Shown here in pieces: positions 1 to 10,333 of a stretch of DNA of 64,000 nt. The notes under the pieces are model-generated. The model was not told where the DNA came from and ran no database searches. It saw only the letters and a program-made list of their open reading frames with translations. Every line of letters begins with the position of its first letter. Position 1 is the first letter of the stretch. A program made the translations under genes and the position numbers. The stretch is taken from the NCBI GenBank assembly GCA_035626395.1, contig DASPNR010000013.1:89308-153307 (forward strand). Reading direction: 5' to 3'. Source of the stretch: Candidatus Limnocylindrales bacterium (lineage in GTDB: Bacteria; Desulfobacterota; Binatia; UBA1149; CAITLU01).

Positions 1-111
1 GGTTTCGAATTGAGCGAGAGCGTGTACGGGCGCGAGCATCGCAAGAGCGAGCGCCGCCGCGTTCATGCCTGAGGCAGCGGCCGCACGGCCGCGCATCCAG
101 CGCGTGTTCAT
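1..111 (-). CDS. First 37 codons of an exported protein; the gene continues past the left edge (partial)
   Basis: ATG (cat at 109-111) has GAGGA about 7 nt upstream on the minus strand. The translation MNTRWMRGRAAAASGMNAAALALAMLAPVHALAQFET looks like a signal peptide. It is too short to appear in the ORF track. Confidence 0.4.
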   Translation of the reverse strand, partial: MNTRWMRGRAAAASGMNAAALALAMLAPVHALAQFET

Positions 112-306
112 ATTGAATCCTCGAACCCCCTGAAACGAAGGACGATGCGAGAAGGGGAGCTCTCGCACTCGTCCGGATCCCCACCTGAAGCTGCGGGCTT
201 TTATCCGCCGGCGGTGAGCGCGGTCAAGACGACATTCGCTGGCGCGGACCATCTGCGCCGGTTTTTCGCCGCGACGCGTGCCGATGGGGGGCAGAAGCCA
301 CAGATA

Positions 307-1914
307 TCAGACCATCGATGGTGCCGACACGGGATCGGCGATGGTGAAGTAGAACGTGGCGCCGTTGCCGAAACTGGCGCGCGCCCACAGCCGCCCGCCG
401 TGCTTGTGAATGATCCGCTGCACGACTGCCAGGCCGGTGCCGTCGCCGGGGAACTCGCGCGCATCGTGCAGGCGTTCGAACGGCGCGAACAGCCGTCCGG
501 CCTGCTTCATGTCGAAGCCGACGCCGTTGTCACGGACGAAGTAGGCCTTGCTGCCGTCGTACTGCATCTCGCAGCCGATCCGGATGTGCGGCGACGCCGC
601 GTTGCCGGCGTACTTCCACGCGTTGTCGAGCAGGTTCTCGAACACGGTCGCCAGCAGATCCGCGTCGCACACCGCGGGCATCGTCTCGTCGACCTCGACG
701 TTCACGAGTCGGTCGGGATGCTTCGTGCGCAGATCCTCGACGACGCTGCGGGCGATCGCCGCCAGGTCGACGTGACGCGCGTGCAGCGGTGCCCGGCTGA
801 TCTTGGCCAGCTCGAGCATCTTCGCGACGAGGCGCTCCATGCTTTCGCCGGTGACGCGCGCCTGCTCGAGCCGCGCACGGTAATCGGCGGCATCGCCGCC
901 AACGATTTCCGTGGCCGCGCGAATCGCCTGCAGCGGCGCCTGCAGCTGCGCACACACCGCGCTCGAGAACGCGTCCAGCTCACGCTGGACGACCTCGAGC
1001 TGACGCGACCGGTCCTGCAGCCGCTGCTCGAGCTCGCTGCGCGCGGAAGTGTTCTCCATGGCCATCGCCACGGTCTCCGCCAGCGCCTGGAGCAGCTCGG
1101 TCTCGTGAGGCTCGGCGCGATGCCTGCGCGCCCAGTAGACGCCGATCGCGCCGACCGGACTGGTGCGCCGGATCGGCAACATGAGCAGGCTCTTGACGAA
1201 CGTCGGCCTATAGACCTCCGGCAGCACACGCGCATCGTCCAGAACGTCCTCGATCATCGCGGGCTGGCCCCGCAGCATGCTCCAGCCGCTGATGCAGCTG
1301 GTGATGGGGAAGCGACTGCCTTTCCACAGTGGCGCAACGGCATCCTCGGCGAGGTAGTGGCAGTAGTCGCCCTCGCGCAGGACGAAGGTGGCGCCGTCGG
1401 CGGCCGCGATCTCGCGCGCCGCGCTGCGCACGATCGTGGCAACCGATGCGAGGCTGGGGGCGGAGGCCAGGTCTTGCACCGCGCGCACCAGGCGCCGGGT
1501 GGCGCGCATGTGATCGCTCATGCGGCGCTGCTCGCGCTTGTCCTGCCCGACACGCAGCTCGCGCTGTGCCACCGCGATCAGCCGCCACTCGTGGTCCTTC
1601 AGGACGTAGTCGGCGGCGCCGGCCGCCAGCATCGCCTTGACGTTGTTCTCCTCGGCCGAGCCCGACAGGCAGACGAAAGGGGCATCCGGCTGCAGCTGGC
1701 GGGCCAGGTGCAGGGCTTCCAGAGGCGCCATTCCAGGAACGCTGCTGTCGGCCAGGACGAGGTCGTATTCGCCGCTCGTCAGACAGCTGCGGTAGGAGTC
1801 GGCGTCGGAGGCGAGCGTGACGTCGGCATCGATGCCGCCGGCGCTCAGCCAATGGCCGATCAAAAAGGCGTCGCTGGCGTTGTCCTCGAAATGCAGAATT
1901 CGACCACGGTTCAT
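307..1914 (-). CDS. Hybrid sensor kinase homolog: REC - GAF - HisKA-like - HATPase_c (H-box His missing)
   Basis: ORF 307..1965; the best start is the internal ATG at 1914 (MNRGRILHFEDN). Receiver motifs are present (FEDN, LVLADSSVPGM, VCLSG, YVLKD). A GAF-like core follows (GATFVLREGDY...IGVYWARRH). ATP-binding motifs are NLLDNAWKY, YFVRDNGVGFD, GDGTGLAVVQRI and GATFYF. Confidence 0.9.
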   Translation of the reverse strand: MNRGRILHFEDNASDAFLIGHWLSAGGIDADVTLASDADSYRSCLTSGEYDLVLADSSVPGMAPLEALHLARQLQPDAPFVCLSGSAEENNVKAMLAAGAADYVLKDHEWRLIAVAQRELRVGQDKREQRRMSDHMRATRRLVRAVQDLASAPSLASVATIVRSAAREIAAADGATFVLREGDYCHYLAEDAVAPLWKGSRFPITSCISGWSMLRGQPAMIEDVLDDARVLPEVYRPTFVKSLLMLPIRRTSPVGAIGVYWARRHRAEPHETELLQALAETVAMAMENTSARSELEQRLQDRSRQLEVVQRELDAFSSAVCAQLQAPLQAIRAATEIVGGDAADYRARLEQARVTGESMERLVAKMLELAKISRAPLHARHVDLAAIARSVVEDLRTKHPDRLVNVEVDETMPAVCDADLLATVFENLLDNAWKYAGNAASPHIRIGCEMQYDGSKAYFVRDNGVGFDMKQAGRLFAPFERLHDAREFPGDGTGLAVVQRIIHKHGGRLWARASFGNGATFYFTIADPVSAPSMV

Positions 1915-2038
1915 CGTGTGCCAAGCCCCCCTCGCACACTCCCAAGCTAGCGCGGAGTTTGCCACGCAGCCATGCCGTTTGTTCGCGCCGGCGCGGAAAC
2001 GAAGGAAGTGGCGGCGCGGTGTCGCTTCCGGCAGAGGC

Positions 2039-2989
2039 TCAGGAATGGTCCGCGCCGTGGACCTGCGATGCGGTCTCTTCGGCTGCTGACACCGAGTTCA
2101 CTGACGCGATGGTCGTGCCTACGGACGCGAAAAAACCCCGCAGCGGTCGGCCCGGGCCCACCTCGAGAATGCGCGCGTCGCGTCCGAGCAGCGCTCGCAT
2201 GTTGGCGACCCACTGCACCGTGGCCGTCACCTGGCGCGTCAGCGCGTCCTCGAGCGCCGGGCGTGATCCCGTGTGAAAACCGCCGCTCGTATTGGACAGG
2301 ACGGAGGTGGCTTTGGACGCGTTCGTAAGCGGCAGCTCCGCCAGCGCCTCCGCCAGCGGTTCGGCCACGGGCTGCATGTAGCGCGAGTGGAAGGGCGCCG
2401 AGACGCGCAGCGCGATCGTCCTGGCCTTCCACGACGGGTGCTGCCGCACTGCCTCCACCGCTCGCGCGACGTCGCCGGCCGTGCCGCTGATGACGGCCTG
2501 ATCCGGCGCATTGTGGTTGGCGATGTCCACATTCATGGGCGCGACGAGCTCGGCCAGCGCCTCGACGTCGAGATCGCGCTGCAAGATCGCCGTCATGGCT
2601 CCCTCGCCCGGCGCCACCGCTTCCTGCATCAGGCGGCCGCGCAGGCGCACCAGCCGAACCGCATCGCCGAGCGCGAGCGCGCCGGCGGCCACGAGCGCCG
2701 CATATTCGCCGAGGCTGTGGCCGCCGAAGAGTGTGGGATGGACGCCGAAGTGCGAGCGCAGCGCTTCGCACATGGCGATCTCGACGGTGAGAATGGCCGG
2801 CTGCTGGAACTCGGTCAGCGCCAGCCTCGTCTCATCGGCGAAGCAGATCGCGGCGAGGTCGAGCCCGCTGGCGTCGGAAGCTTCCTCGAACACGCGTGCG
2901 GACTCGGCGAAGGCTTCGACGAAGTCGCGGCCCATGCCGAGGCGCTGGCAGCCCTGGCCGGGGAACACGAAAGCGACGGCAGTCGTCAT
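2039..2989 (-). CDS. fabD: Malonyl-CoA:ACP transacylase-type acyltransferase
   Basis: MTTAVAFVFPGQGCQ, the GHSLGEYAAL nucleophile elbow, VSAPFHS, and about 316 aa. It is not next to other fab genes in this window. Confidence 0.8.
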   Translation of the reverse strand: MTTAVAFVFPGQGCQRLGMGRDFVEAFAESARVFEEASDASGLDLAAICFADETRLALTEFQQPAILTVEIAMCEALRSHFGVHPTLFGGHSLGEYAALVAAGALALGDAVRLVRLRGRLMQEAVAPGEGAMTAILQRDLDVEALAELVAPMNVDIANHNAPDQAVISGTAGDVARAVEAVRQHPSWKARTIALRVSAPFHSRYMQPVAEPLAEALAELPLTNASKATSVLSNTSGGFHTGSRPALEDALTRQVTATVQWVANMRALLGRDARILEVGPGRPLRGFFASVGTTIASVNSVSAAEETASQVHGADHS

Positions 2990-2999
2990 GAACGCGCGC

Positions 3000-3422
3000 T
3001 CAGTTGGCCGCCGGCGGGCTGATCGCCGCGGGCGCGCTCGGCGGGCCTTCCTGCCCGTCGGCCGTCACGGCGCGCACGCGATACCAGACCGTGGCTGCGC
3101 CGGCAGGCGGATCGTCGACGTGGCGGAAGCGCGTGCGGCGCCGGAAGCGCTCCTGATCGACGACGTCGACGCGCGCCACCGGTGCGAACTCCCCGGGCTG
3201 CTCCGCCCGCTCGACCACGAACGCCGCGAGGTCCTCGAGACGTCGTCCATCGGCACTGCGGTCGGCGCGCTTCCACGTCAGCTCGACCTTTCCATCGCTG
3301 GCCTGGGCCGTGACCTGGCCTTCCATGACCGGGGCCGTGTCCTCGGGCGGGCGCGGAGCGGTACGAAGGCCGCACGCACACACCAGCATCAGCGCGGCCG
3401 CCGTCAGCGCGAAACGACTCAT
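3000..3422 (-). CDS. Small lipoprotein, beta-sandwich-like, function unknown
   Basis: Internal ATG at 3422 of ORF 3000..4817 gives MSRFALTAAALMLVCACG, a lipobox (L-V-C-A-C). Its ATG overlaps the argH stop (ATGA at 3419-3422). The product is 140 aa. Confidence 0.6.
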   Translation of the reverse strand: MSRFALTAAALMLVCACGLRTAPRPPEDTAPVMEGQVTAQASDGKVELTWKRADRSADGRRLEDLAAFVVERAEQPGEFAPVARVDVVDQERFRRRTRFRHVDDPPAGAATVWYRVRAVTADGQEGPPSAPAAISPPAAN

Positions 3423-4924
3423 GGCGTGCGCACTCCATGGCGCCTGGCCAGCGTCCGCAGTCGTCGCTTGACCAGTGCCGGCGAGGTGCCGCCGAGCGAA
3501 GCGCGGCGCGCGACGCTGCGGTCGAGCGTCAGCAGCTGGGCCACGGTCTCCCCGGCGCGCCGATCGGCATCGGCACCGAGCAAGGGCGAGAATGCCGCAA
3601 GCTCGCGCGAGTCGAGCTCGGTCAGCGCCTTGCCGCTGTCGAGGCAGTGGCGAACGATCTTTCCCACCACCGCGTGCGCCTGCCGAAACGGCATGCCGCG
3701 CGCGACGAGGATTTCGGCAAGGTCGGTCGCGAGCAGCATCGGATCGGATGCCGCAGTCCGCATCGTGTCCTCGACGAAAGTCAGCGAGCGCACCATCGCT
3801 GCAAGGATGGTCAGGCAAGAAAGAGTCGTGTCGACGCTGTCGAAGAGCGGCTCCTTGTCCTCCTGCAGGTCGAAGTTGTATGTCAGCGGCAGCCCTTTGA
3901 CCGCCGTCAGCACCGACACGAGGTTTCCGTAGACGCGCCCGGTCTTGCCGCGCACCAGCTCGGCAATGTCGGGGTTCTTCTTCTGCGGCATCATCGAGCT
4001 GCCGGTGGAGAATGCGTCGTGCAGGCGCACGAAGCCGTACTCGCTGGTCGCCCACAGCACGATCTCGGCCGACAGCCGCGAAAGGTGGCTGAAGAGCGTT
4101 GCCGCCGCCGCCAGCGGCTCGATGACGAAGTCCCGATCGGCCACCGCGTCCATGCTGTTCTCGGCGACGCGCGCGAAGCCGAGTTCGCGTGCGACGTGCT
4201 CGCGATCGATCGGCAGCGTCGTGCCGGCGATGGCACCGGCGCCGAGCGGCAGCACGTCGGCACGGTCGCGGGCGGCGGCAAAGCGCTGGCGGTCGCGCGA
4301 GAGCATTTCGTAATAAGCCAGCAGATGGTGGGCGAGCAGCACGGGCTGCGCTCGCTGCATGTGCGTGTAGCCGGGCAGCACCGCCGACTCGTTGGCCAGT
4401 GCGACTTCCAGCAGCGCACGCTGCAGATCGTCGATGGCGCCGTCGATCTGAGTCAACGCGTCCTTCACGTAGAGTCGCAGGTCCGTGACGCTCTGATCGT
4501 TGCGCGACCGCGCAGTATGCAGCTTGGCGCCCGCATCGCCGATGGCGGCGGTGAGCTGGCGCTCGATCGCCATGTGGATGTCCTCGTCGGCAACGTCGAA
4601 GACGAAACGTCCGGCGTCGATGTCGGCTTCGATCTTGCGAAGGCCGATCTCGATCTTGCGCGCCTCTGCCTTGGTGAGCAGCCCGACGGCTGCCAGCATG
4701 TTCGCATGCGCGACGCTGCCGCGGATGTCGTAGCGATACAGCCGGCGGTCGAAGCCGATCGATGCGGTGAAGCCTTGCATCGCCGTATCGGGCGCGGCGT
4801 CGAAGCGGCCGCCCCACGAACGGTTGGTGGCGTCGGCGGGGGCAGCGGGCATGTCCGCGACGGCGGCGGTGCCTGTGGATCTGGTCGTACGGTTCTTGGA
4901 AGCCGCTGTCTTCTTCTTGGCCAC
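3419..4924 (-). CDS. argH: Argininosuccinate lyase
   Basis: SWGGRFD...YRYDIRGSVAHANMLA...TGSSMMPQKKNPD signature. The start is uncertain: ATG 4924 gives a Lys-rich ~35-aa extension, and the alternative is ATG 4852 (MPAAPADATNRSWGGRF). Confidence 0.95.
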   Translation of the reverse strand: MAKKKTAASKNRTTRSTGTAAVADMPAAPADATNRSWGGRFDAAPDTAMQGFTASIGFDRRLYRYDIRGSVAHANMLAAVGLLTKAEARKIEIGLRKIEADIDAGRFVFDVADEDIHMAIERQLTAAIGDAGAKLHTARSRNDQSVTDLRLYVKDALTQIDGAIDDLQRALLEVALANESAVLPGYTHMQRAQPVLLAHHLLAYYEMLSRDRQRFAAARDRADVLPLGAGAIAGTTLPIDREHVARELGFARVAENSMDAVADRDFVIEPLAAAATLFSHLSRLSAEIVLWATSEYGFVRLHDAFSTGSSMMPQKKNPDIAELVRGKTGRVYGNLVSVLTAVKGLPLTYNFDLQEDKEPLFDSVDTTLSCLTILAAMVRSLTFVEDTMRTAASDPMLLATDLAEILVARGMPFRQAHAVVGKIVRHCLDSGKALTELDSRELAAFSPLLGADADRRAGETVAQLLTLDRSVARRASLGGTSPALVKRRLRTLARRHGVRTP

Positions 4925-4983
4925 TACGAGGCGCTTTGTTTCGCGAAAATGGGGACAGGTCCAGCGGGTCCCTGTCGTTGCCG

Positions 4984-6255
<1,272 letters not shown>

Positions 6256-6314
6256 TTCGTGTGCAACCGGGTCGGGCGCAATTTGGGCCGGGTGGTGGCT
6301 GATGCCGCGAGACG

Positions 6315-6809
6315 ATGCGAAGACTGGAGGCGATGGTGATGCCTCGCACGACCGCCAGCGCCGGCTCGAAGGTTCCAGCCTGGGCCGAGCGGCTGGTCCT
6401 CTTTCTCGACGACGGCTTCGTCCTGCCCGGCACGTCGTTCCGCGTCGGCTTCGATGCCGTGCTCGGCCTCATCCCCGGCATCGGCGACCTCATCACGACG
6501 AGCACCAGCCTCTCCCTTCTGTATCTGGCTCACGAGCGCGGCGTGCCCAAGCCCGTCATTGCCAGGATGGTCCTCAACGTCGCGGTCGACGCGGCCGTCG
6601 GCGCCATCCCCGTTCTCGGCGACGTCTTCGACGTCGTCTTCAAGGCCAATCGCCGCAACCTGACCCTGCTGCAGCGCTACGATGTCGCGCCCCGCCAGGC
6701 CACGGTCCGAGACAGCATCTTCCTGATCACGGCTGCGATGGTCATGCTTGCCGTCCTCATGATCCCGATGGTTCTGGCCGTGCTGCTGGTACGCGCTCTG
6801 CTCGCCTGA
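6315..6809 (+). CDS. DUF4112-family membrane protein
   Basis: [28 protein letters not shown]...[22 protein letters not shown] matches the DUF4112 pattern as I remember it. It has a C-terminal TM segment. Confidence 0.7.
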   Translation: MRRLEAMVMPRTTASAGSKVPAWAERLVLFLDDGFVLPGTSFRVGFDAVLGLIPGIGDLITTSTSLSLLYLAHERGVPKPVIARMVLNVAVDAAVGAIPVLGDVFDVVFKANRRNLTLLQRYDVAPRQATVRDSIFLITAAMVMLAVLMIPMVLAVLLVRALLA

Positions 6810-7117
6810 GCGGAAGTGGTCGGCTGGCCCTGCTGAGCGGCGGTCGGTTGGCCGGACGTCTTCTGATCATCCGCGGCACGCTTTGGACCTCGCACGATCG
6901 CGGCCCCGCCGCGCCCGCTCGCGAAGCAGACGTGCGCGCTGGCCCTTTTTTCGCCGTCTTCGCCGGATGACGGCCCTCACCTGGCCAGCGCGCCCACTCG
7001 TTCGCGCTTCGCTGGCTCGACCGTCATCGGGAAAACTCCTAATTTGACGTCATCGTCGGGCGCGACTGGCGTTGGCCGGAGAATGCGCGCGAACGTCGGG
7101 GCAAAAGGAGACAGACG

Positions 7118-7606
7118 ATGATGATGAAGCCGATGGCTGGAGTCGTGTTCTCGCTGGGCCTGGTGATCGCCGCCGCAACGACGGCCAACGCGCAGGCAAC
7201 CGAGCTGACGTGCGACGAGTGGCGCTGCGAGTTCCAGGACCGCGTCGAGGCGCGCTGTCCGTGCAGCGAGCAGACCAACCACGGCCGATACGTCAGCTGC
7301 GTCGCGCACGTGGTCAAGGAGCTGGTGGCCGACGGCCTGCCGACCAGGTGCAAAGGCAAGCTCAAGCGCTGCGCCGCCAAGTCGGTGTGCGGCAAGGAAG
7401 GCTTCTCCACCTGCACGATCCACGAGTACGGCACGTGCGTCGAAGGCGTGTGCTCGCACGACTCGAACATCACCTGCAGCGCCGACACCGACTGCCTGGT
7501 ATCCAGCCAGTGCAGGATCACCCGCGACACCGCGCGCTGCGAAGCCGCCGGCGGCGTGGCCAACCTGTCGCCGACCTGCTGCTCGAGCTGCAACACGGGC
7601 GAGTAG
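7118..7606 (+). CDS. Secreted cysteine-rich protein (18 Cys in the mature part), function unknown
   Basis: Strong SD (AAGGAG at 7105-7110) lies 7 nt before the ATG. The signal peptide is MMMKPMAGVVFSLGLVIAAATTANA|QA. It contains an NHGRYVSCVAHVVKEL motif. Confidence 0.7.
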   Translation: MMMKPMAGVVFSLGLVIAAATTANAQATELTCDEWRCEFQDRVEARCPCSEQTNHGRYVSCVAHVVKELVADGLPTRCKGKLKRCAAKSVCGKEGFSTCTIHEYGTCVEGVCSHDSNITCSADTDCLVSSQCRITRDTARCEAAGGVANLSPTCCSSCNTGE

Positions 7607-7629
7607 CCTCACCGACCACGGCCGAAGAC

Positions 7630-7657
7630 GCGGGGCCGGGATCGCTCCCGGCCCCGC
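7630..7657. terminator. Perfect 12-bp GC hairpin between convergent genes (possible bidirectional terminator)
   Basis: GCGGGGCCGGGA-tcgc-TCCCGGCCCCGC lies between the stop at 7606 (+) and the stop at 7671 (-). There is no U-tract. Confidence 0.4.
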
Positions 7658-7670
7658 CGTTGCCGTCGCC

Positions 7671-8420
7671 TCAGGAACGATCGACGCCGAGCTCGCGCAG
7701 CACCGCGATGCGAAGGTCCTGGACCTGCGGGCTGGTCAGCTTGCGAGGGTGCGGGAAAGGGACGTCGAAGCTCGACTGGATGCGCGTCGGGCGCTCCGAA
7801 AGCACCAGCACGCGATCGGCCATGTGGATCGCCTCCTCGACGTCGTGCGTGATCAGCAGCACCGTGTGCCGCTCCTCCTCGAGGATACGCAGCAGCTCGC
7901 CGCGCATGCGAAGGTTCATCAGCGCATCGAGTGCCGAGAACGGTTCGTCCATGTAAAGGATCTCGGGCTTGACGACGAGCGCACGCGCCAGCTCGGCGCG
8001 CTTGAGCATTCCTCCCGACAGCTCGTGCGGGTAGCTGTTCTCGAAGCCCTTGAGGCCGACGATGCCGGCATAGTGGTCGGCCAGGCCGGCCTTGTCGCCG
8101 TGGGCGTGACCGTTGAGGCCGAACATCAGGTTCCTGCGGACGGTCAGCCACGGGAACACCGATCCGTGCTGCGAGATCACGATGCCATCCGGGCTCGGAC
8201 GAGTGTGCTCGACGCCGTCGATGCGCACGCTTCCGCGGTCGGGCCGCACGAAGCCGGCGACGATGTTGAGCAGCGTCGATTTGCCGCACCCCGAAGGACC
8301 GACGATCGCCACCAGCTCCCCGTCGCCCACCGTGAAGCTGACGTCGTCGACGACCGGCAGCGGCCCCTTGTCCGTGACGAAGCCCTTGGTTATGCCGCTG
8401 ACTTCAATCTTGGTGCGCAT
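7671..8420 (-). CDS. ABC transporter ATP-binding protein (NitT/TauT, SsuB/TauB-like)
   Basis: Walker A GPSGCGKSTLLN, signature LSGGMLKRAELARAL, Walker B ILYMDEPFSALD. Confidence 0.9.
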   Translation of the reverse strand: MRTKIEVSGITKGFVTDKGPLPVVDDVSFTVGDGELVAIVGPSGCGKSTLLNIVAGFVRPDRGSVRIDGVEHTRPSPDGIVISQHGSVFPWLTVRRNLMFGLNGHAHGDKAGLADHYAGIVGLKGFENSYPHELSGGMLKRAELARALVVKPEILYMDEPFSALDALMNLRMRGELLRILEEERHTVLLITHDVEEAIHMADRVLVLSERPTRIQSSFDVPFPHPRKLTSPQVQDLRIAVLRELGVDRS

Positions 8421-9168
8421 AGCGCCACTTGACCCACTTCAGCCCTTCGAGCAGCCGCATGATCCCGTCGAGCAACAGCCCGATCAGACCGATGATGATC
8501 ATGCCGGCGATGACCAGGTCGTAACGGTTCCCGGCGTTGCGTGAATCGATGATGAGATAGCCCAGCCCCGACCGCAGCGCGATCATCTCGGCCGCCACCA
8601 CCACCAGCCACGCCACGCCCAGGCCGATGCGCATGCCCACGATGATCTGCGGCAGCACGGCCGGGATGATCACCTGCGTGAACAGCGTGTAGCGCGAGAC
8701 GCCGAAGTTCTGGGCAGCCTGCAGATAGCGCTTCTCGATCGTGTGCACGCCGGCGGTGGTCTGCACGACCATCGGGAAGACCGACGAGATGAAGATCAGG
8801 AAGATGGGCGAGGCGTTGCCGACGCCGAACCACAGGATCGCGATAGGAATCCAGGCAATCGGCGAGATCGGCCGCAGGATCTGGAAGAGCGGGTTCAGGG
8901 TCCGAAAGGCGCCTCGCACCCATCCCATCCACAGCCCCAGCGGCAGCGCCACGCAAACCGCCAGCAGGAATCCTGCGCCGACGCGGAACAGCGAAGCGCC
9001 GATGTGCTCGAACAGCGTGCCGTCGGCGACCAGCTCGAGCGTTCCCGTCACCACCTGCCACGGCGTCGGGAAGATGACGCTGCCGCTGGCGGTCACGGTC
9101 AGCCACCACACCGCCAGGAGCATCGCCAGCACCGCCAGCGACGGAAGGTACTTGCCGAGACCGTTCAT
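8404..9168 (-). CDS. ABC transporter permease (SsuC/TauC-like, BPD_transp_1)
   Basis: Internal ATG at 9168 (MNGLGKYLPSLAVLAMLL). The protein is multi-TM with an EAA-like loop region (AAQNFGVSRYTLFTQVIIPAVLP). Its ATG overlaps the upstream stop (ATGA 9165-9168). Confidence 0.9.
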   Translation of the reverse strand: MNGLGKYLPSLAVLAMLLAVWWLTVTASGSVIFPTPWQVVTGTLELVADGTLFEHIGASLFRVGAGFLLAVCVALPLGLWMGWVRGAFRTLNPLFQILRPISPIAWIPIAILWFGVGNASPIFLIFISSVFPMVVQTTAGVHTIEKRYLQAAQNFGVSRYTLFTQVIIPAVLPQIIVGMRIGLGVAWLVVVAAEMIALRSGLGYLIIDSRNAGNRYDLVIAGMIIIGLIGLLLDGIMRLLEGLKWVKWRYAHQD

Positions 9169-9656
9169 GCTGCGCTGTCGCCGGCCGCCGCAGCGCCGCC
9201 CGCTGCCGCTGCAGGCCGCGTCAGCTCGCGAATGCGCCACAGGAGGCGCGCCCAAGGCGTGTCGGGATACGGATCGACGATGACGGTCATCTGACCGCTG
9301 GGATGGGCGGTGCAATCGAACTGGTAGCTCGAGGCCACGGCGAACGGCAGCCGGAAGCTCTGGCCGGGCATCATCAGCGTCGGCCCGAAAATCTGGGGCA
9401 CGTCATCGAGGTTGCGCAGGACCAGGACGTCGCGAAGGCCAAGGGTCAGACGGATGTTCTCGGGCAGGATGCTCAGGTCCTCGCCCGCCATGCGTCGCTG
9501 CCAGGTTCCGTTCGGGATCTCGAACAGCTCGTCGCGGCTCGCGGACTGCACCGGAGCCATGGCCGCGACCGCCGCCAGCATCGCCACGATCACGGCCGCG
9601 CCGGCGCCGGCGCGGCGGGCCCAGGTTCTGGCCACCGGTGTTTGCCGCACCCGCAC
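9165..9656 (-). CDS. Membrane-anchored or secreted cupredoxin-like protein (function uncertain)
   Basis: GTG start at 9656 has GAGG about 8 nt upstream. It has an N-terminal hydrophobic anchor and a beta-rich core ending in FDCTAHPSGQMTVIV (C-x2-H-x4-M). Confidence 0.6.
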   Translation of the reverse strand: MRVRQTPVARTWARRAGAGAAVIVAMLAAVAAMAPVQSASRDELFEIPNGTWQRRMAGEDLSILPENIRLTLGLRDVLVLRNLDDVPQIFGPTLMMPGQSFRLPFAVASSYQFDCTAHPSGQMTVIVDPYPDTPWARLLWRIRELTRPAAAAGGAAAAGDSAA

Positions 9657-9663
9657 CTCGGCC

Positions 9664-10332
9664 TCACTTCCGCAGCAGGATGCGCAGGTCGTGCACGTAG
9701 TCCTCGGCGCTCTGCCCGTACGGCATCAGCGCGACCAGCCTGCCTGCGGGGTCGATCAGGTGCGTGGACGCCGAGTGACTGTACATATAGCTGGCACCGA
9801 CGTTCTCGCGCGTGGCCGAGATGCCGAAATCGCGCCGCACGGCCGCCAGCTGGTCCTCGCTGCCGGTGCCGCCGACGAACGTCGCATCGAAGCCGCCGAG
9901 GTACTCGCGCATGCGCGCTTCGGTGTCGCGTTCCGGATCCACGGTGACGTACACGATCTGCACCTGCTCGGCATCCGCGCCCAGCTGCTTGCGCGCCCGG
10001 GCCAGCGTCGACAGCGTGGTCGGGCAGACCGCCGGGCAATTGGTGAAGCCGAAGAAGATCACGACGACCTTGCCGCGAAAGCGCTCGAGCGTCAGCTCCT
10101 GCCCGTCCGAGCCGCGCAATCGGAAATCGGGCGCCATGCGCGCGGGGCTGAACGTACCGGCCTTGAGCGGAAGCGGTTCCTCACCGGGCCCGCCTGCCTC
10201 GAGCGGCGGCGTTTGCTCATCGGACGTGCCGGCCTCCAGCGCCGGCGCTCCCTCGACGCGCCCGGCAACCGCCAGCGGCGCAAGCGACAGCGCCGCCGCA
10301 AGGACGAGCGGAAAGACCGTCCCGGCTCGCAT
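9664..10332 (-). CDS. SCO1/SenC-family thioredoxin-fold copper chaperone / thiol-disulfide protein
   Basis: FRGKVVVIFFGFTNCPAVCPTTL (CxxxC), VTVDPERD, and a conserved His in SHSASTHLIDP. The start is taken at the internal ATG 10332, 1 nt after the upstream stop. Confidence 0.85.
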   Translation of the reverse strand: MRAGTVFPLVLAAALSLAPLAVAGRVEGAPALEAGTSDEQTPPLEAGGPGEEPLPLKAGTFSPARMAPDFRLRGSDGQELTLERFRGKVVVIFFGFTNCPAVCPTTLSTLARARKQLGADAEQVQIVYVTVDPERDTEARMREYLGGFDATFVGGTGSEDQLAAVRRDFGISATRENVGASYMYSHSASTHLIDPAGRLVALMPYGQSAEDYVHDLRILLRK

Positions 10333-10333
10333 C

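Noticed and set aside
145-1950. 601-aa plus-strand ORF opposite the REC-GAF-kinase gene; likewise 3437-5161, 27880-30081 and 33017-35071
   Set aside because: Each lies antisense to a gene with clear family motifs (kinase, argH, argB/GT-C protein, hslV/xerC) and has no motifs of its own.
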